Assembly (NCBI GenBank): GCA_938091905.1
Contig: CALKOM010000083.1
Coordinates: 1-41,892, forward strand
Reading direction: 5' to 3'
DNA: 41,892 nt
Source of the DNA: an uncultured Verrucomicrobiales bacterium
GTDB lineage: Bacteria > Verrucomicrobiota > Verrucomicrobiia > Verrucomicrobiales > DEV007
The notes under the pieces were generated by a model. That model saw nothing but the letters and a program-made list of their open reading frames with translations, was not told where the DNA came from and did no database searches. Shown here one piece after another: positions 16,655-26,555 of this stretch (positions are counted from its first letter, which is position 1; each line of letters opens with the position of its first letter). The translations under genes were made by a program, and so were the position numbers.

Positions 16655-18162
16655 ATGCTCCTCCAGAATCCGTTTCATTTGCGTCGCAACTGGGGTCTAT
16701 CCTCGATGGAACTCTTGGCGACCGTCGGTGCTTTGGAAATTTTTTAACGACCTCAATTGTCGTGGTCACGCCTCTTCTTAAGGATGTTAGGAAAGTGAAG
16801 TTGGAAGAGTAGTTAACGTCGCGCAATTAGGCTTTAGACTCGTTTACCACAAGTGGCGGCGACTTGAGTGAGGTAACATCGGCGACCGATGCGATTACGA
16901 AGCTGAAGTCAACGGCATCGGATCGGGAAGTCATCGCAGGATACAGGGGCTCTTATGTGGATCTCCGACTTGAGCCGGTTATGCAAGACGCAACCGAAAC
17001 AGCGGGAACAGACTGGCGCGCTCGCTGGATTGATGCTGACAAGCGCTTCTCTCTAAGTCAGACGGGAAACAATGGCATCCGAGAATTTCGAATGAACGAA
17101 GCTCTTGTCGAAACCAACTTTGGACAAGACGATCGCCAGGTAGTGAACAAGTTGGCAAAAGAGGACAATTGGATCTGGGATTTTAGCGAGACGGCAACTC
17201 CAAGTCCTCTCGCGCCAGATGAAATGGTCGTCACGAATTCTACAGACGTTTCTGTCCAAAGTAATCCCGATGCTTTAAACCAGCTTATGCCACCAGATTT
17301 CAGTCCCCCCGGCGATTACTTTGACTTTCCTTCTGAGGTCATCCTGACCAACCCAAATGATTCTAGCACGACGGAGATTCGCTACTCTTTGAATGGTGGT
17401 AGCTGGCTTGTCTACAGGAGCCCCATTTCTCTCAGCCGAGACGATCAGATCAGTGCCGTTGCCAAGCTCATTACCCCGGCGCCTGATATTTATAACAGCT
17501 TTACTACAATAGAGCTGTATCGTTCAAACGAACCAAATCTATCGGGAGCAGCTCAGGGAAAATTCAAGAATGTCGTTGGTGCTAGCAGGCTTGTTTCTAG
17601 CATTGGTGCGGGACAATCTAATACGACACTGAACTACGGGCAGGCATTTGGCGCTGGTTTGCGGAATTAGCTTACCTTCGCTGGCCAGGGCTTCAACAAT
17701 ATCGTTCCTGAGCAAAAGTTCACTGTAGGACAGCTCACGTATCGTAACTCGACAACTGCTGTGGGCACGAGCGCCTATGAGGTCACACTTTAGATGGACC
17801 TGAGCTTCTCTTTACCTGCCGGCACGTCTGAATCCGTGGATGTGACGCTTGGTCTTGAATCGACAAAGAATTACCCCTGGCTAACCGCTGACCAGCGGGC
17901 GGATTTTGTGCGGTTCAATCAGATCAACACCGATTTCTCGACTTTCTTTGGAGGCGAAACCTACTATCTCAATTTAAAATTTGTCTACTCGGGCAGCGAC
18001 GGATACAGCGCGGTTGATTCTTTCCACGTGCATGAAGGTGCGACTGCGACCGCTGATGTAATTGGGTATTTCAGCCCAACTCCTCGCGAGGCTCCAGGCA
18101 TGAAGGGTGGCACGAGTGGCACGAGTGGCACGACAACGTCAGCTCCGCCTTCATTGCCTTAG
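16655..18162 (+). pseudogene. Prepilin-leader surface protein with Ig-like and choice-of-anchor-K-like domain, disrupted by 1 frameshift and 4 in-frame TAG
   Basis: ATG 16655 MLLQNPFHLRRNWG|LSSMELLATVGALEI (class III signal-like), frame change at T6 16740-16745, then one continuous frame to 18162 with TAG at 16810, 16828, 17668 and 17791. IRYSLNGGSW and LTFAGQGF...FTVGQLTYRN...STKN...ADFV motifs. Confidence 0.75.
18107..18133 (+). repeat. Perfect 3x 9-bp tandem repeat (GTGGCACGA) encoding a GTS-rich tail
   Basis: Read directly from sequence. Confidence 0.9.
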
Positions 18163-18236
18163 TCGCAAGTCAAAGGTAAGGAAGTGGCGGTCTTTTTGTC
18201 TCCTGCGATGATTCGCTTTACTCGGCTCTGTCCTGT

Positions 18237-21200
18237 ATGGTACCCACGGCGAACCCTATGCCGTATCCCATGCTACCCCCAGTCTACCGATTGTGTCTCT
18301 GCTTTACTTTCCTCTGGTCCCTAAATCTTTGTCTTAGGGCCCAAGAAGATTCCGTTTTAGTCTTCAACGAAATCATGTATCACCCCGCCGATGGGCAAGG
18401 CGAGTGGGTTGAATTGGTCAATCTTCATGGCGTGAACATTGATGTCTCCAATTGGGAGATCGAAGGCGCGATCTCCTATCAGTTCCCTGCAGGAAGCGTT
18501 ATTCCGGGAAACGGTTACATTGTGCTCGCGTCTGCGGAAGGGCAATTTCCGGATGCTTTGGGACTATTCCAAGGGCGGCTCGATGACGATGGAGAGCGGC
18601 TACGCTTGGTCAATAATAGCGGCAGGATCATGAGTGAACTGAGCTACAATGATCGGGGAGAATGGCCGGTGGCGCCTGATGGCGCAGGAGTGAGTTTGGC
18701 GAAACGTCGGCCTCAGGATCGCGCTTCTGATCCGGCCTCTTGGGCGCGGAGCGAGACGATTGGAGGCACCCCAGGCACGGCGAATGTTGTTAGAGAAGAG
18801 GCTTCCTCTGGACTTCTATTGAACGAGGTCGCAGGCATCGGTGGAGCGAGTTTCTTCGTAGAAATCGCAAGATGTCCTTGTCCTGATCCTTTGCCCGACA
18901 ACATTCTTCTGCTTGAAGGTTACGAAATCCACACATCACGAGGTGAATCGTTTGTCCTTACCGATCAAGCGTTGATAGCAGGCGGCATGTTAGCGTTAAC
19001 GGCAGAAGAGTTAGGTTGGGAGAATCTGCAGCAGGGAGATCGTCTCTTTCTCTGGGCGCCTGGAGGAGAAGACTTGCTTGACGCTGCCGTCTTGAGACAG
19101 CGTACGCGGGCACGGTTTCCAGATGGAGATCGCTGGTACATCGCGACCTCCAACTCGCCGGGTGAAGCGAATCAGGTAGCGTTAGAGTCCGCTGTCGTGA
19201 TCAATGAGATTATGTATCACCATCGGCCGACTTATGACGGTGAGACGCCTGATGCTGTCTTTGCTGAGAATCCAGAAGAGTGGGTGGAACTCACCAACCA
19301 GAGTGAGGCAGCCGCGGATCTTACCGGCTGGAGTCTCGAGAGCGGCATTCGGTTTGATTTCCCGGACGGTACCATGCTTGCTCCGGGGAGCTACCTTGTC
19401 GTTGCTCGTGATGCTGCCGCTCTAGCAGAGAAGTATCCAGACATTACTATATTAGGAGACTTCGGAGGATCTCTTCGGGATAGCGGCGATGAAATTCTCC
19501 TCATTGATTCTGTGGGCAATCCTGCCGATGAAGTGTCTTACGTTGATGGTGGGGCCTGGCCGGGAAATGCGGATGCAGGCGGCTCAAGCTTGGAACTACG
19601 ACATCCAGCAAGTGATAACAGCGTCGCCGGAAGTTGGGCAGCCAGTGATGAATCTCGTCACAGTGTTTGGAAGGAATACAGTTATGTTGGCACTGCAGAG
19701 AACCCGCCGGGTACAAGCTTTCCAACACAGTGGGACGAGTTTCTAGTGGGGATGCTAGCCTCAGGCGAGTGTTTGCTTGATGACTTCAGTGTGATCGAGG
19801 ACCCGAATGGCGAGTCGATGGAAATGATCCGCAATCGAGAATTCAGCGAGACCCTCTTTGGAGGGGATGGCACTCAGAATTGGCGCTTTCTTGGCAACCA
19901 CGGCAGTCATGGCAAGACGGTTGTGGAACCAGATCCTGACGATGCCTCAAATACCGTCCTGCACCTGGTTTCGACAGGCCCGACGGAACACATGCACAAC
20001 CATCTTGAAACGACTCTGAGCGGTGGCCAGTCGGTGGAACGGGGTAAAGAATATGCCATCTCATTCCGTGCCAAGTGGTTGAGCGGCTCTCCCCAGTTGC
20101 ATACTCGTTTGTACTTTAACTATCTGGCCAAGAAGACGATTCTGGAACAACCGAAGGCTCATGGCACTCCTGGAGAACAGAACTCCACCTATTCTGAAGA
20201 CTTAGGACCTGTCTATAGTGGTCTGACACATTCTCCAGCGGTGGCAAAGGACGATGAGCCTATTTCGATTCGAGTGAATGCTAGTGATGTAGATGGAATC
20301 GCCTCTCTGAAAGTGCTCTGGCGGACCGATAGTGCAGAGCCCTTTGAAGAACTCGCGATGACACTTGGATCTGGAGACAACTACTTCGCGGCGATTCCAG
20401 GGCAGGAAGCGAAGAACCTCTTTGGTGGTTTCACGAACAAGACGATCCACTACTATATCCAGGGTGAGGATACCGCAGGCAACACAACGTGGTGGCCGGA
20501 GGCAGGGCCGGATTCACGGGTCCTCATTCCTTTAGAAGACGGACGAAACGGGGATGGTCCGGGACACAATTTGCGCATCGTCATGACTGACGAGGACACC
20601 GAATTCCTCCACGAAGAAACCAATGTGATGAGCAATGATCGGATCTTGGGGACGGTCATTGATCGCGAGACGGACGTGTATTACAATGTGGGGGTGCGGT
20701 TGAAGGGGAGCCAACGCGGCCGGAACAAATCGGTGAGAGCGGGCTTCTCACTCAAGATGCCAGCCGACCAACCCTTCAATGGGATTCATGCCACCATCGC
20801 CGTGGACCGATCGGGTGCTGGCGACCAATTCAGCCAGAAAGAAATCTTGGTCAAACATGCTATTAACCGCGCGGGAAACATTCCTGGCATGATGGATGAC
20901 CTCATCTATGTCATCTCGCCACAAGAAGCCCACACTGGTTCTGCAATGCTTTTAAAGGCGCGTTACGACGATGAGTATCTCAATGCGCAATTCGACAATG
21001 GATCTGAAGGACGCATGTTCGAATATGAATTGATCTACTACCCAACATCGACCGTCGGTGGTTCTGAGGGATTAAAGAGACCGAACCCAGATCAAGTCCG
21101 GGGGGTCAATCATCGGAATCTAGGACCAGACAAAGAAGCCTACCGTTGGCATTATTTATTAGAGAACAACCGGGCTGCTGATGACTACACTCAACTCATG

Positions 21201-22814
21201 GATCTCGTGGACCTCTTCGGCTCATCCAATGATGATGACTACCTTGAGCGACTGGTGGCAACCGTGGATGTGGACCAGTGGCTGCGTTCCTTTGCTATTC
21301 AGAATCTCTTCGGCATCGGTGACAACTACTCAACGCAGTCTCAGCACAATATGATCATCTATTTCCCTCCTGGGAAGAAGGCCATGTATTTTCCATGGGA
21401 CATGGACTTCACGTTTAGTCGAGGTGCCAGCGATAGAAATATCGTTGCCAATGGCGACCTAAGAAACATGATGGATGCGGATCCGATTGCCTTTCGGAGC
21501 TACTTCGCGCAGATGAAGGAGCTTCTTCTAACGGTGGTTAATGAGGATTACATGGAGGCCTGGGCGACTCATTACTCTCGGTTCCTTCCCAGCGAAAATC
21601 TTGGTGGCTTCGTGAACTATATTGGGACGCGTAACAGCACGGTGGACCGAGAATTACGCAATGACTTCGATCCGCTATCATTTGCCATCACGACGAATGA
21701 TGGGGAGAACACGGAGGTAGCGACATCCACGATCACGTTAACCGGCTCGGGTTCTTACGAGGACGATTCGGTGTATGTAGGCGATACCAAGTACCCATTG
21801 GTATGGACGGACAAGGATCATTGGGAACTGACCCTCCCGCTTGAACTTGGTGAGAATGTCATCAGCTTAGAGGTGGTGGATGCCATTGAATCTCCTGGAT
21901 CCATCTTCTCTCCTCGCGAAACGGACTCGATTACCGTGATCAACACGGGTGTGAGTGCTGCTGCTAATCGAGACAATGTGACGATCAGCGAGTTGATGTA
22001 CCATCCGTTGGAACCAAATGAATCCGAGATGGCTGAAGGTTTCACCAATCGTGACGACTTCGAATTTTTAGAACTGCACAATGTTAGCAATCAGGAGATC
22101 AGTTTGCAAGGTGCGAGACTCACCAAGGGAGTCGACTTCGACTTCACGGAGACGCAGTCGATTCCGGCCGGTGGCTATCTTGTCCTCGTCTCAAATAGCG
22201 AGGCATTTCAGTTACGCTATCCGAATGTGGCCATTGCCGGAGAGTATTCTGGCCAGCTTCGGAATAGCGGGGAATCTGTTCGATTGCGAGGAGTCGATCA
22301 GCAGATCATTCATGAGTTTTCATTTAGTGATGGCGGTGCGTGGCCGGATCAAGCAGATGGCTTGGGGAGCTCCCTCACGTTAGTTGATACGGCTGCGGGA
22401 GTGGATCTATCGGACGCAGCTAGCTGGAGTGCCAGTAGCGTCGTCGGGGGGACTCCTGGTACTGGTGCCGCTCCGGTCGAACCAAACGTTGCTTTCGAGG
22501 CTTGGTTAGATGCCCGAGGTGGCGATGCCCTGGCGGATCCTGATGGAGATGGTGTGACCTTGTTGGAAGACTATGCGCTTGGGCTAGATCTAGGCGGCAA
22601 TCTTCCCACGGCTTCGCAAGGTGCTACCGGGCCGGAGCTGGTGTTCTATGTGAGAACCGAAGATGGGCTCAACGTTCAGGTGGAGACATCGGATAATCTT
22701 GTATCCTGGCGAGCGAACACAGCTTCCGAGGTGACCGAGGTGATCGGAGATGGCACGACAAAGGTCAGTGTTCCTATCGATGGTTCGTATGCTAGACTGC
22801 GAATCAGTTCCTGA
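18237..22814 (+). CDS. Secreted lamin-tail-domain / CotH kinase family protein
   Basis: Signal peptide (true start probably a slightly later ATG). LTD repeats (VFNEIMYHP, VINEIMYHH, ISELMYHP, each ending in a GTPG/SSLE-type motif). CotH-like GVRLKGS...HNMIIY...PWDMDFTF. C-terminal DPDGDG...VETSDNLVSW...YARLR tail. Confidence 0.85.
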   Translation: MVPTANPMPYPMLPPVYRLCLCFTFLWSLNLCLRAQEDSVLVFNEIMYHPADGQGEWVELVNLHGVNIDVSNWEIEGAISYQFPAGSVIPGNGYIVLASAEGQFPDALGLFQGRLDDDGERLRLVNNSGRIMSELSYNDRGEWPVAPDGAGVSLAKRRPQDRASDPASWARSETIGGTPGTANVVREEASSGLLLNEVAGIGGASFFVEIARCPCPDPLPDNILLLEGYEIHTSRGESFVLTDQALIAGGMLALTAEELGWENLQQGDRLFLWAPGGEDLLDAAVLRQRTRARFPDGDRWYIATSNSPGEANQVALESAVVINEIMYHHRPTYDGETPDAVFAENPEEWVELTNQSEAAADLTGWSLESGIRFDFPDGTMLAPGSYLVVARDAAALAEKYPDITILGDFGGSLRDSGDEILLIDSVGNPADEVSYVDGGAWPGNADAGGSSLELRHPASDNSVAGSWAASDESRHSVWKEYSYVGTAENPPGTSFPTQWDEFLVGMLASGECLLDDFSVIEDPNGESMEMIRNREFSETLFGGDGTQNWRFLGNHGSHGKTVVEPDPDDASNTVLHLVSTGPTEHMHNHLETTLSGGQSVERGKEYAISFRAKWLSGSPQLHTRLYFNYLAKKTILEQPKAHGTPGEQNSTYSEDLGPVYSGLTHSPAVAKDDEPISIRVNASDVDGIASLKVLWRTDSAEPFEELAMTLGSGDNYFAAIPGQEAKNLFGGFTNKTIHYYIQGEDTAGNTTWWPEAGPDSRVLIPLEDGRNGDGPGHNLRIVMTDEDTEFLHEETNVMSNDRILGTVIDRETDVYYNVGVRLKGSQRGRNKSVRAGFSLKMPADQPFNGIHATIAVDRSGAGDQFSQKEILVKHAINRAGNIPGMMDDLIYVISPQEAHTGSAMLLKARYDDEYLNAQFDNGSEGRMFEYELIYYPTSTVGGSEGLKRPNPDQVRGVNHRNLGPDKEAYRWHYLLENNRAADDYTQLMDLVDLFGSSNDDDYLERLVATVDVDQWLRSFAIQNLFGIGDNYSTQSQHNMIIYFPPGKKAMYFPWDMDFTFSRGASDRNIVANGDLRNMMDADPIAFRSYFAQMKELLLTVVNEDYMEAWATHYSRFLPSENLGGFVNYIGTRNSTVDRELRNDFDPLSFAITTNDGENTEVATSTITLTGSGSYEDDSVYVGDTKYPLVWTDKDHWELTLPLELGENVISLEVVDAIESPGSIFSPRETDSITVINTGVSAAANRDNVTISELMYHPLEPNESEMAEGFTNRDDFEFLELHNVSNQEISLQGARLTKGVDFDFTETQSIPAGGYLVLVSNSEAFQLRYPNVAIAGEYSGQLRNSGESVRLRGVDQQIIHEFSFSDGGAWPDQADGLGSSLTLVDTAAGVDLSDAASWSASSVVGGTPGTGAAPVEPNVAFEAWLDARGGDALADPDGDGVTLLEDYALGLDLGGNLPTASQGATGPELVFYVRTEDGLNVQVETSDNLVSWRANTASEVTEVIGDGTTKVSVPIDGSYARLRISS

Positions 22815-22819
22815 GTGTC

Positions 22820-23320
22820 ATGCCTTTTCGCCTAACGATTGTTCGTCATGCTAAGTCTGATTGGGGAGACTTTGCGGTTGCAGATCACGACCGTCCTCTG
22901 AACGAGCGGGGTTTACGGGATGCTCCTGCGATGGGAACCAAGATGCGAGAACGCGGTGATTCTCCGGATTTGATCGTCTGTAGCTCGGCTCTTCGCGCAC
23001 ACACGACGGCCTCGTTACTCGCGAACCCTCTCGACTATCCAGAAGAGGACCTCGTGATCGAGCCCAGCATTTACGAGGCACCAACATCTGCACTGTTAGA
23101 AGTCGTTCGCCAAGCGTCAGAGGAGGTGAAGCATCTCATGATGGTGGGCCACAATCCAGGCTCAGAACTGTTCGCGTCCTTCCTCATGGGTGAACCCGTG
23201 GGCAACCTTGTCACCTGTGCTGTTGTCGATCTTGAACTCGCCGTCGCCTCTTGGAAATCGGTCAGTGGAGGCGAGGGGAAGTTGATTTCTTACTGGTATC
23301 CGAAGATGTTCTTAGTGTGA
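22820..23320 (+). CDS. sixA: Phosphohistidine phosphatase SixA family
   Basis: RHAKS, DHDRPLNERG, SSALRA, VGHNP. Confidence 0.9.
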   Translation: MPFRLTIVRHAKSDWGDFAVADHDRPLNERGLRDAPAMGTKMRERGDSPDLIVCSSALRAHTTASLLANPLDYPEEDLVIEPSIYEAPTSALLEVVRQASEEVKHLMMVGHNPGSELFASFLMGEPVGNLVTCAVVDLELAVASWKSVSGGEGKLISYWYPKMFLV

Positions 23321-25906
23321 GCACGCAAACTTCTCGCTGGCGCTGGCTGAAACGCTTGTTCTTTGCGAGTTTGTTGCTCCTCATAACACTGCTTGCGCTC
23401 GCCTATTACAAGCTGCCACCGCTTGCTGAGTCTGCCATTCGCAAAGCCATTGATTCTGGAGACTTTGTTTCCAAGGAGTTCACCGTGACGTCGGTTGGTC
23501 CGACGGAAACAGTATTGAGAGACATTGACGTGGCAGGTCGCGGATGGAGGCTTGAGTCCCCAGAGCTTACGGCAACGTACACGTGGTCGGATATACAGAA
23601 CTCACGTCTCTCTGAGTTCGTGGTCACTCGTGGAGTGCTAACACTAGACATAGATGCGCTCAATCAACCTCCGGAGCAGTCGAGCAAGAGTAAGGAGAGT
23701 GGCAACACACGACCACCACTATCACCGGGAGGAGAGTCATCAGCTCTCCCGTTTGACCAGTTGTTAGCTCAAGAGATCACCGTTGTTTTGAAGAAAGGCG
23801 ATGCTGAACAAACCTTGCATGGTGTCACATCGATCACCGATCACCGATGGAGCTTCGATCTTGCTAAGCGGCGTCATCGCTTACGTGGATCGGCATCTTT
23901 GATTGATGGGCATCAGTTAGGTGGGGGCACCGTGCATTCAAGCAATGGGGATGTGTCTTCATGGCTATCATATCTTCGATATTGATACGTCGATGTTAGG
24001 CGAGCTAGAGCTAGGTCAGACTGACTTGAAGGTCTTTCGAGACGAGGGAGACTCACCATGGAAATTCGAAGCTGAAGCCAAAGGGATCAACGTAAAGCAA
24101 GATGTGTGGGGTGCTGAGGTGGAGATGCTGACGGTCACCGGAGATGTGGAATCCATGTCAGCGAGCGGTCAGTTGAATGACGTGGTCGTGAACCTCGATG
24201 AGGAAACACTTCGCATGAATGGTCGGCACCAACTGGAGATCGACGGTGTTGATCGCCTGACGATTCGCACGGGTACACGTCCTCACATTCTTTCTGTGGG
24301 AGATCATTTCACGGCACCTGTGATGATGAAACTCTCGATGGATGCTGGGAAATGGGAAGCCGATGTGGAGTCTGTGCTATCAGACGATGCTGGCGGCTTG
24401 GATACCCATCTATTTGGAAGATTGATTGATCCTTTCAAGCTGAAGATAAATGCTGGCAGAGACGGTAAGATCGTGTTCTCGCTGCCCATGCTGAGAACAG
24501 GCAGCGTGTCGCTCGAGGACATTTCAGGTGAATTATCGACAGACGACTTATCTGTCAAAGCCTCTCACAAGATCTACTATGGCCAAGGCGAGATCTATGG
24601 CCCGGTGCCCATAACCCTGAATGGAACGCCCCATGAGGAGTCCTGGAATCTGCATTTGCAGGCTGAAACTATGGCCGACAAGCCATGGCAAGCCTATTGG
24701 AAGGGACTGGGTTTTTCCCTCCACGGTCGAGCTGAGGCTAGTTGGCAGACGAATTCGACCGAAATCCGTTTGGTTAGTCAATTGGACAGTGCCGAGGTGC
24801 GGAGGAACGAGAGCGCGGTCGTTCTCGATCAAGTCACGATCGACGGCACCCACAACCTCTCGATGCAAGCGCTTGATTTGGGGCTAGCCGGTAGGAGCCG
24901 GGGCCGGGAGTTCACAGGAGCACTAACGAGCTCTTTGGATGAAAGTGGACGTCGATTTGACTACGCAATTTCGAAATTGAGTCTCCCCGAGAATACCTTG
25001 TTAGGAGCCTTTGCCTCTGCTCTCAAGGAAATGCCTATGGCAGCCTTTCTCGATGGGGCTGGCCAAGTCGAAGTGCCCTACGATGGCGAGCCCGAGCACC
25101 GCCTTAGTTTGAAATTAGCGCGCGGAGTTTACCGTCATCCGGAGCGAAAGCTCGCTGGGCAAGGCATCGCTGGGACCTTCGCTGTCGAGAGCTTTGATCC
25201 GTTTGTCACCGTGGACGACCAACGGGCAATCTTCGGTCGTTGGAGAATGGGGGATCTTGAACTGTCTGACGGTCAGTTTCTTTATAAGCTGGGACCCCGA
25301 GGTGCGGTGCTCATTAAAGAAGCCGAAGCGAAAGGTATTGGCGGTCGGCTCACGATGAAGGCCTTGTCTTCCCATCCCGGTCAGCCAGACTTTGAGAGCG
25401 TCGTGACCTTTGACAAGATTGATTTGTCGAAACTTGCTGATCTCATACCTGGTTTTAAAGGAAAGGTGGGGGGGCGTGTAAGCGGCCAAGTTCACCTACG
25501 TTTCCGTGATGGAGTCCTGTCATTACCTCAGGGCAGTCTCGCGTTGGATGCTTCTTCTCCAGCTTTCCTCCATTTGAATGCCAAAGAAGCCTTGGGAGCT
25601 CAGTTGTCCGAGATTGCTCAAGATCCCACTGCATTGGAGATTGTGGAATCAGCTTTGAAAGATCTCGTCGTACACGAATTGGAGATTGGCTTCTTTGACC
25701 CCGATGCGAAGGAATCAGTCGCTCGCATTCGTCTGAAAGGGCGTTCACGTGAGGAGGTGCCTATCCCGAATACTCAAGGCAAAGGGAAGGCTTCCGCCCC
25801 AATTCATTTGAATATCAACGTGGATGATCCGTCTGAGCTGGTGAGGCGACTGCTACACTTCGGTCTCCGCAAACAACTCAACACCAGGTTGAAACCGGGT
25901 GGTTAA
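23317..25906 (+). pseudogene. ydbH: YdbH-like intermembrane lipid-transfer protein, split by a single frameshift near 23974
   Basis: GTG 23317 (GTGA overlap with sixA) gives an N-terminal TM anchor. Removing one base near 23974 joins WLSY to FDIDT. C-terminal IDLSKL...GRVSGQV...ALKDL...LNIN motifs, followed by ynbE/ydbL. Confidence 0.7.
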
Positions 25907-25931
25907 CCTTATAGATCTTGAGCCTGAAACG

Positions 25932-26162
25932 ATGAGAGCCGCTATCTTTACCACTTCTGCACTCCTTGCCTTGCAAGGTCCCTGGCTGATTTCCTGTAAG
26001 ATCCAAACGGATCACGTCATCGAAACACGACACGAGATCAAACCAATTGAGATCAATGTGAACGTGCGTGTCGAGCGCGAGCTTGATGAGTTCTTTGAAG
26101 ATCTTGATGAGGCCTCGATGACGGTCGTGGCTGATGAAACCCCTTCTAACACGAATCTATGA
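25932..26162 (+). CDS. ynbE: YnbE-like lipoprotein
   Basis: Lipobox LISC and KPIEINVNVRVERELDEFF, positioned between ydbH and ydbL. Confidence 0.75.
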   Translation: MRAAIFTTSALLALQGPWLISCKIQTDHVIETRHEIKPIEINVNVRVERELDEFFEDLDEASMTVVADETPSNTNL

Positions 26163-26536
26163 ATGCCATGATCCATCGACGTTCTTTATTAATAGCTGTC
26201 CTAGCGCTGTTCACGTTTGTCTCGGGAGTTCTAGCGGATGACTTGAAAGCACGCATGTCGGCGCGTCTTCTGGCCATGGACGGCCTTCGCGCTACCGGCA
26301 AGGTTGGCGAGAATAATCTGGGCTATCTCACGGTGAGGACCAAGCTTGCTAGCAAAGAGCAGTCGTTGCTAACTGCAGAGAATGCCGATAGGAAGAAGGT
26401 TTATACGATGATTGCCAAACGCACGGGCGAGTCGGCAACCGTCGTCGGTCGCAAGCGTGCAGCAAGAATCCGCAAATTGTCTAAACCTGGGATCTGGTTG
26501 CAGGACGACAACAAGAAATGGTATCGCAAGCAGTGA
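26159..26536 (+). CDS. ydbL: YdbL/DUF1318 family periplasmic protein
   Basis: Signal peptide, GKVGENNLGYL, ENADRKKVY..IA, GIWLQ....W. ATGA overlap with ynbE. Confidence 0.9.
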   Translation: MNAMIHRRSLLIAVLALFTFVSGVLADDLKARMSARLLAMDGLRATGKVGENNLGYLTVRTKLASKEQSLLTAENADRKKVYTMIAKRTGESATVVGRKRAARIRKLSKPGIWLQDDNKKWYRKQ

Positions 26537-26555
26537 TACCTTAGCGTCAGCGTCG

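Noticed and set aside
16744..18162. Genome-wide TAG reassignment (code 15 or pyrrolysine)
   Set aside because: TAG terminates clearly complete genes here (rpmF, yceD, aat, the UvrD-like helicase, rnr), and the gene also has a frameshift. Only local suppression remains possible.
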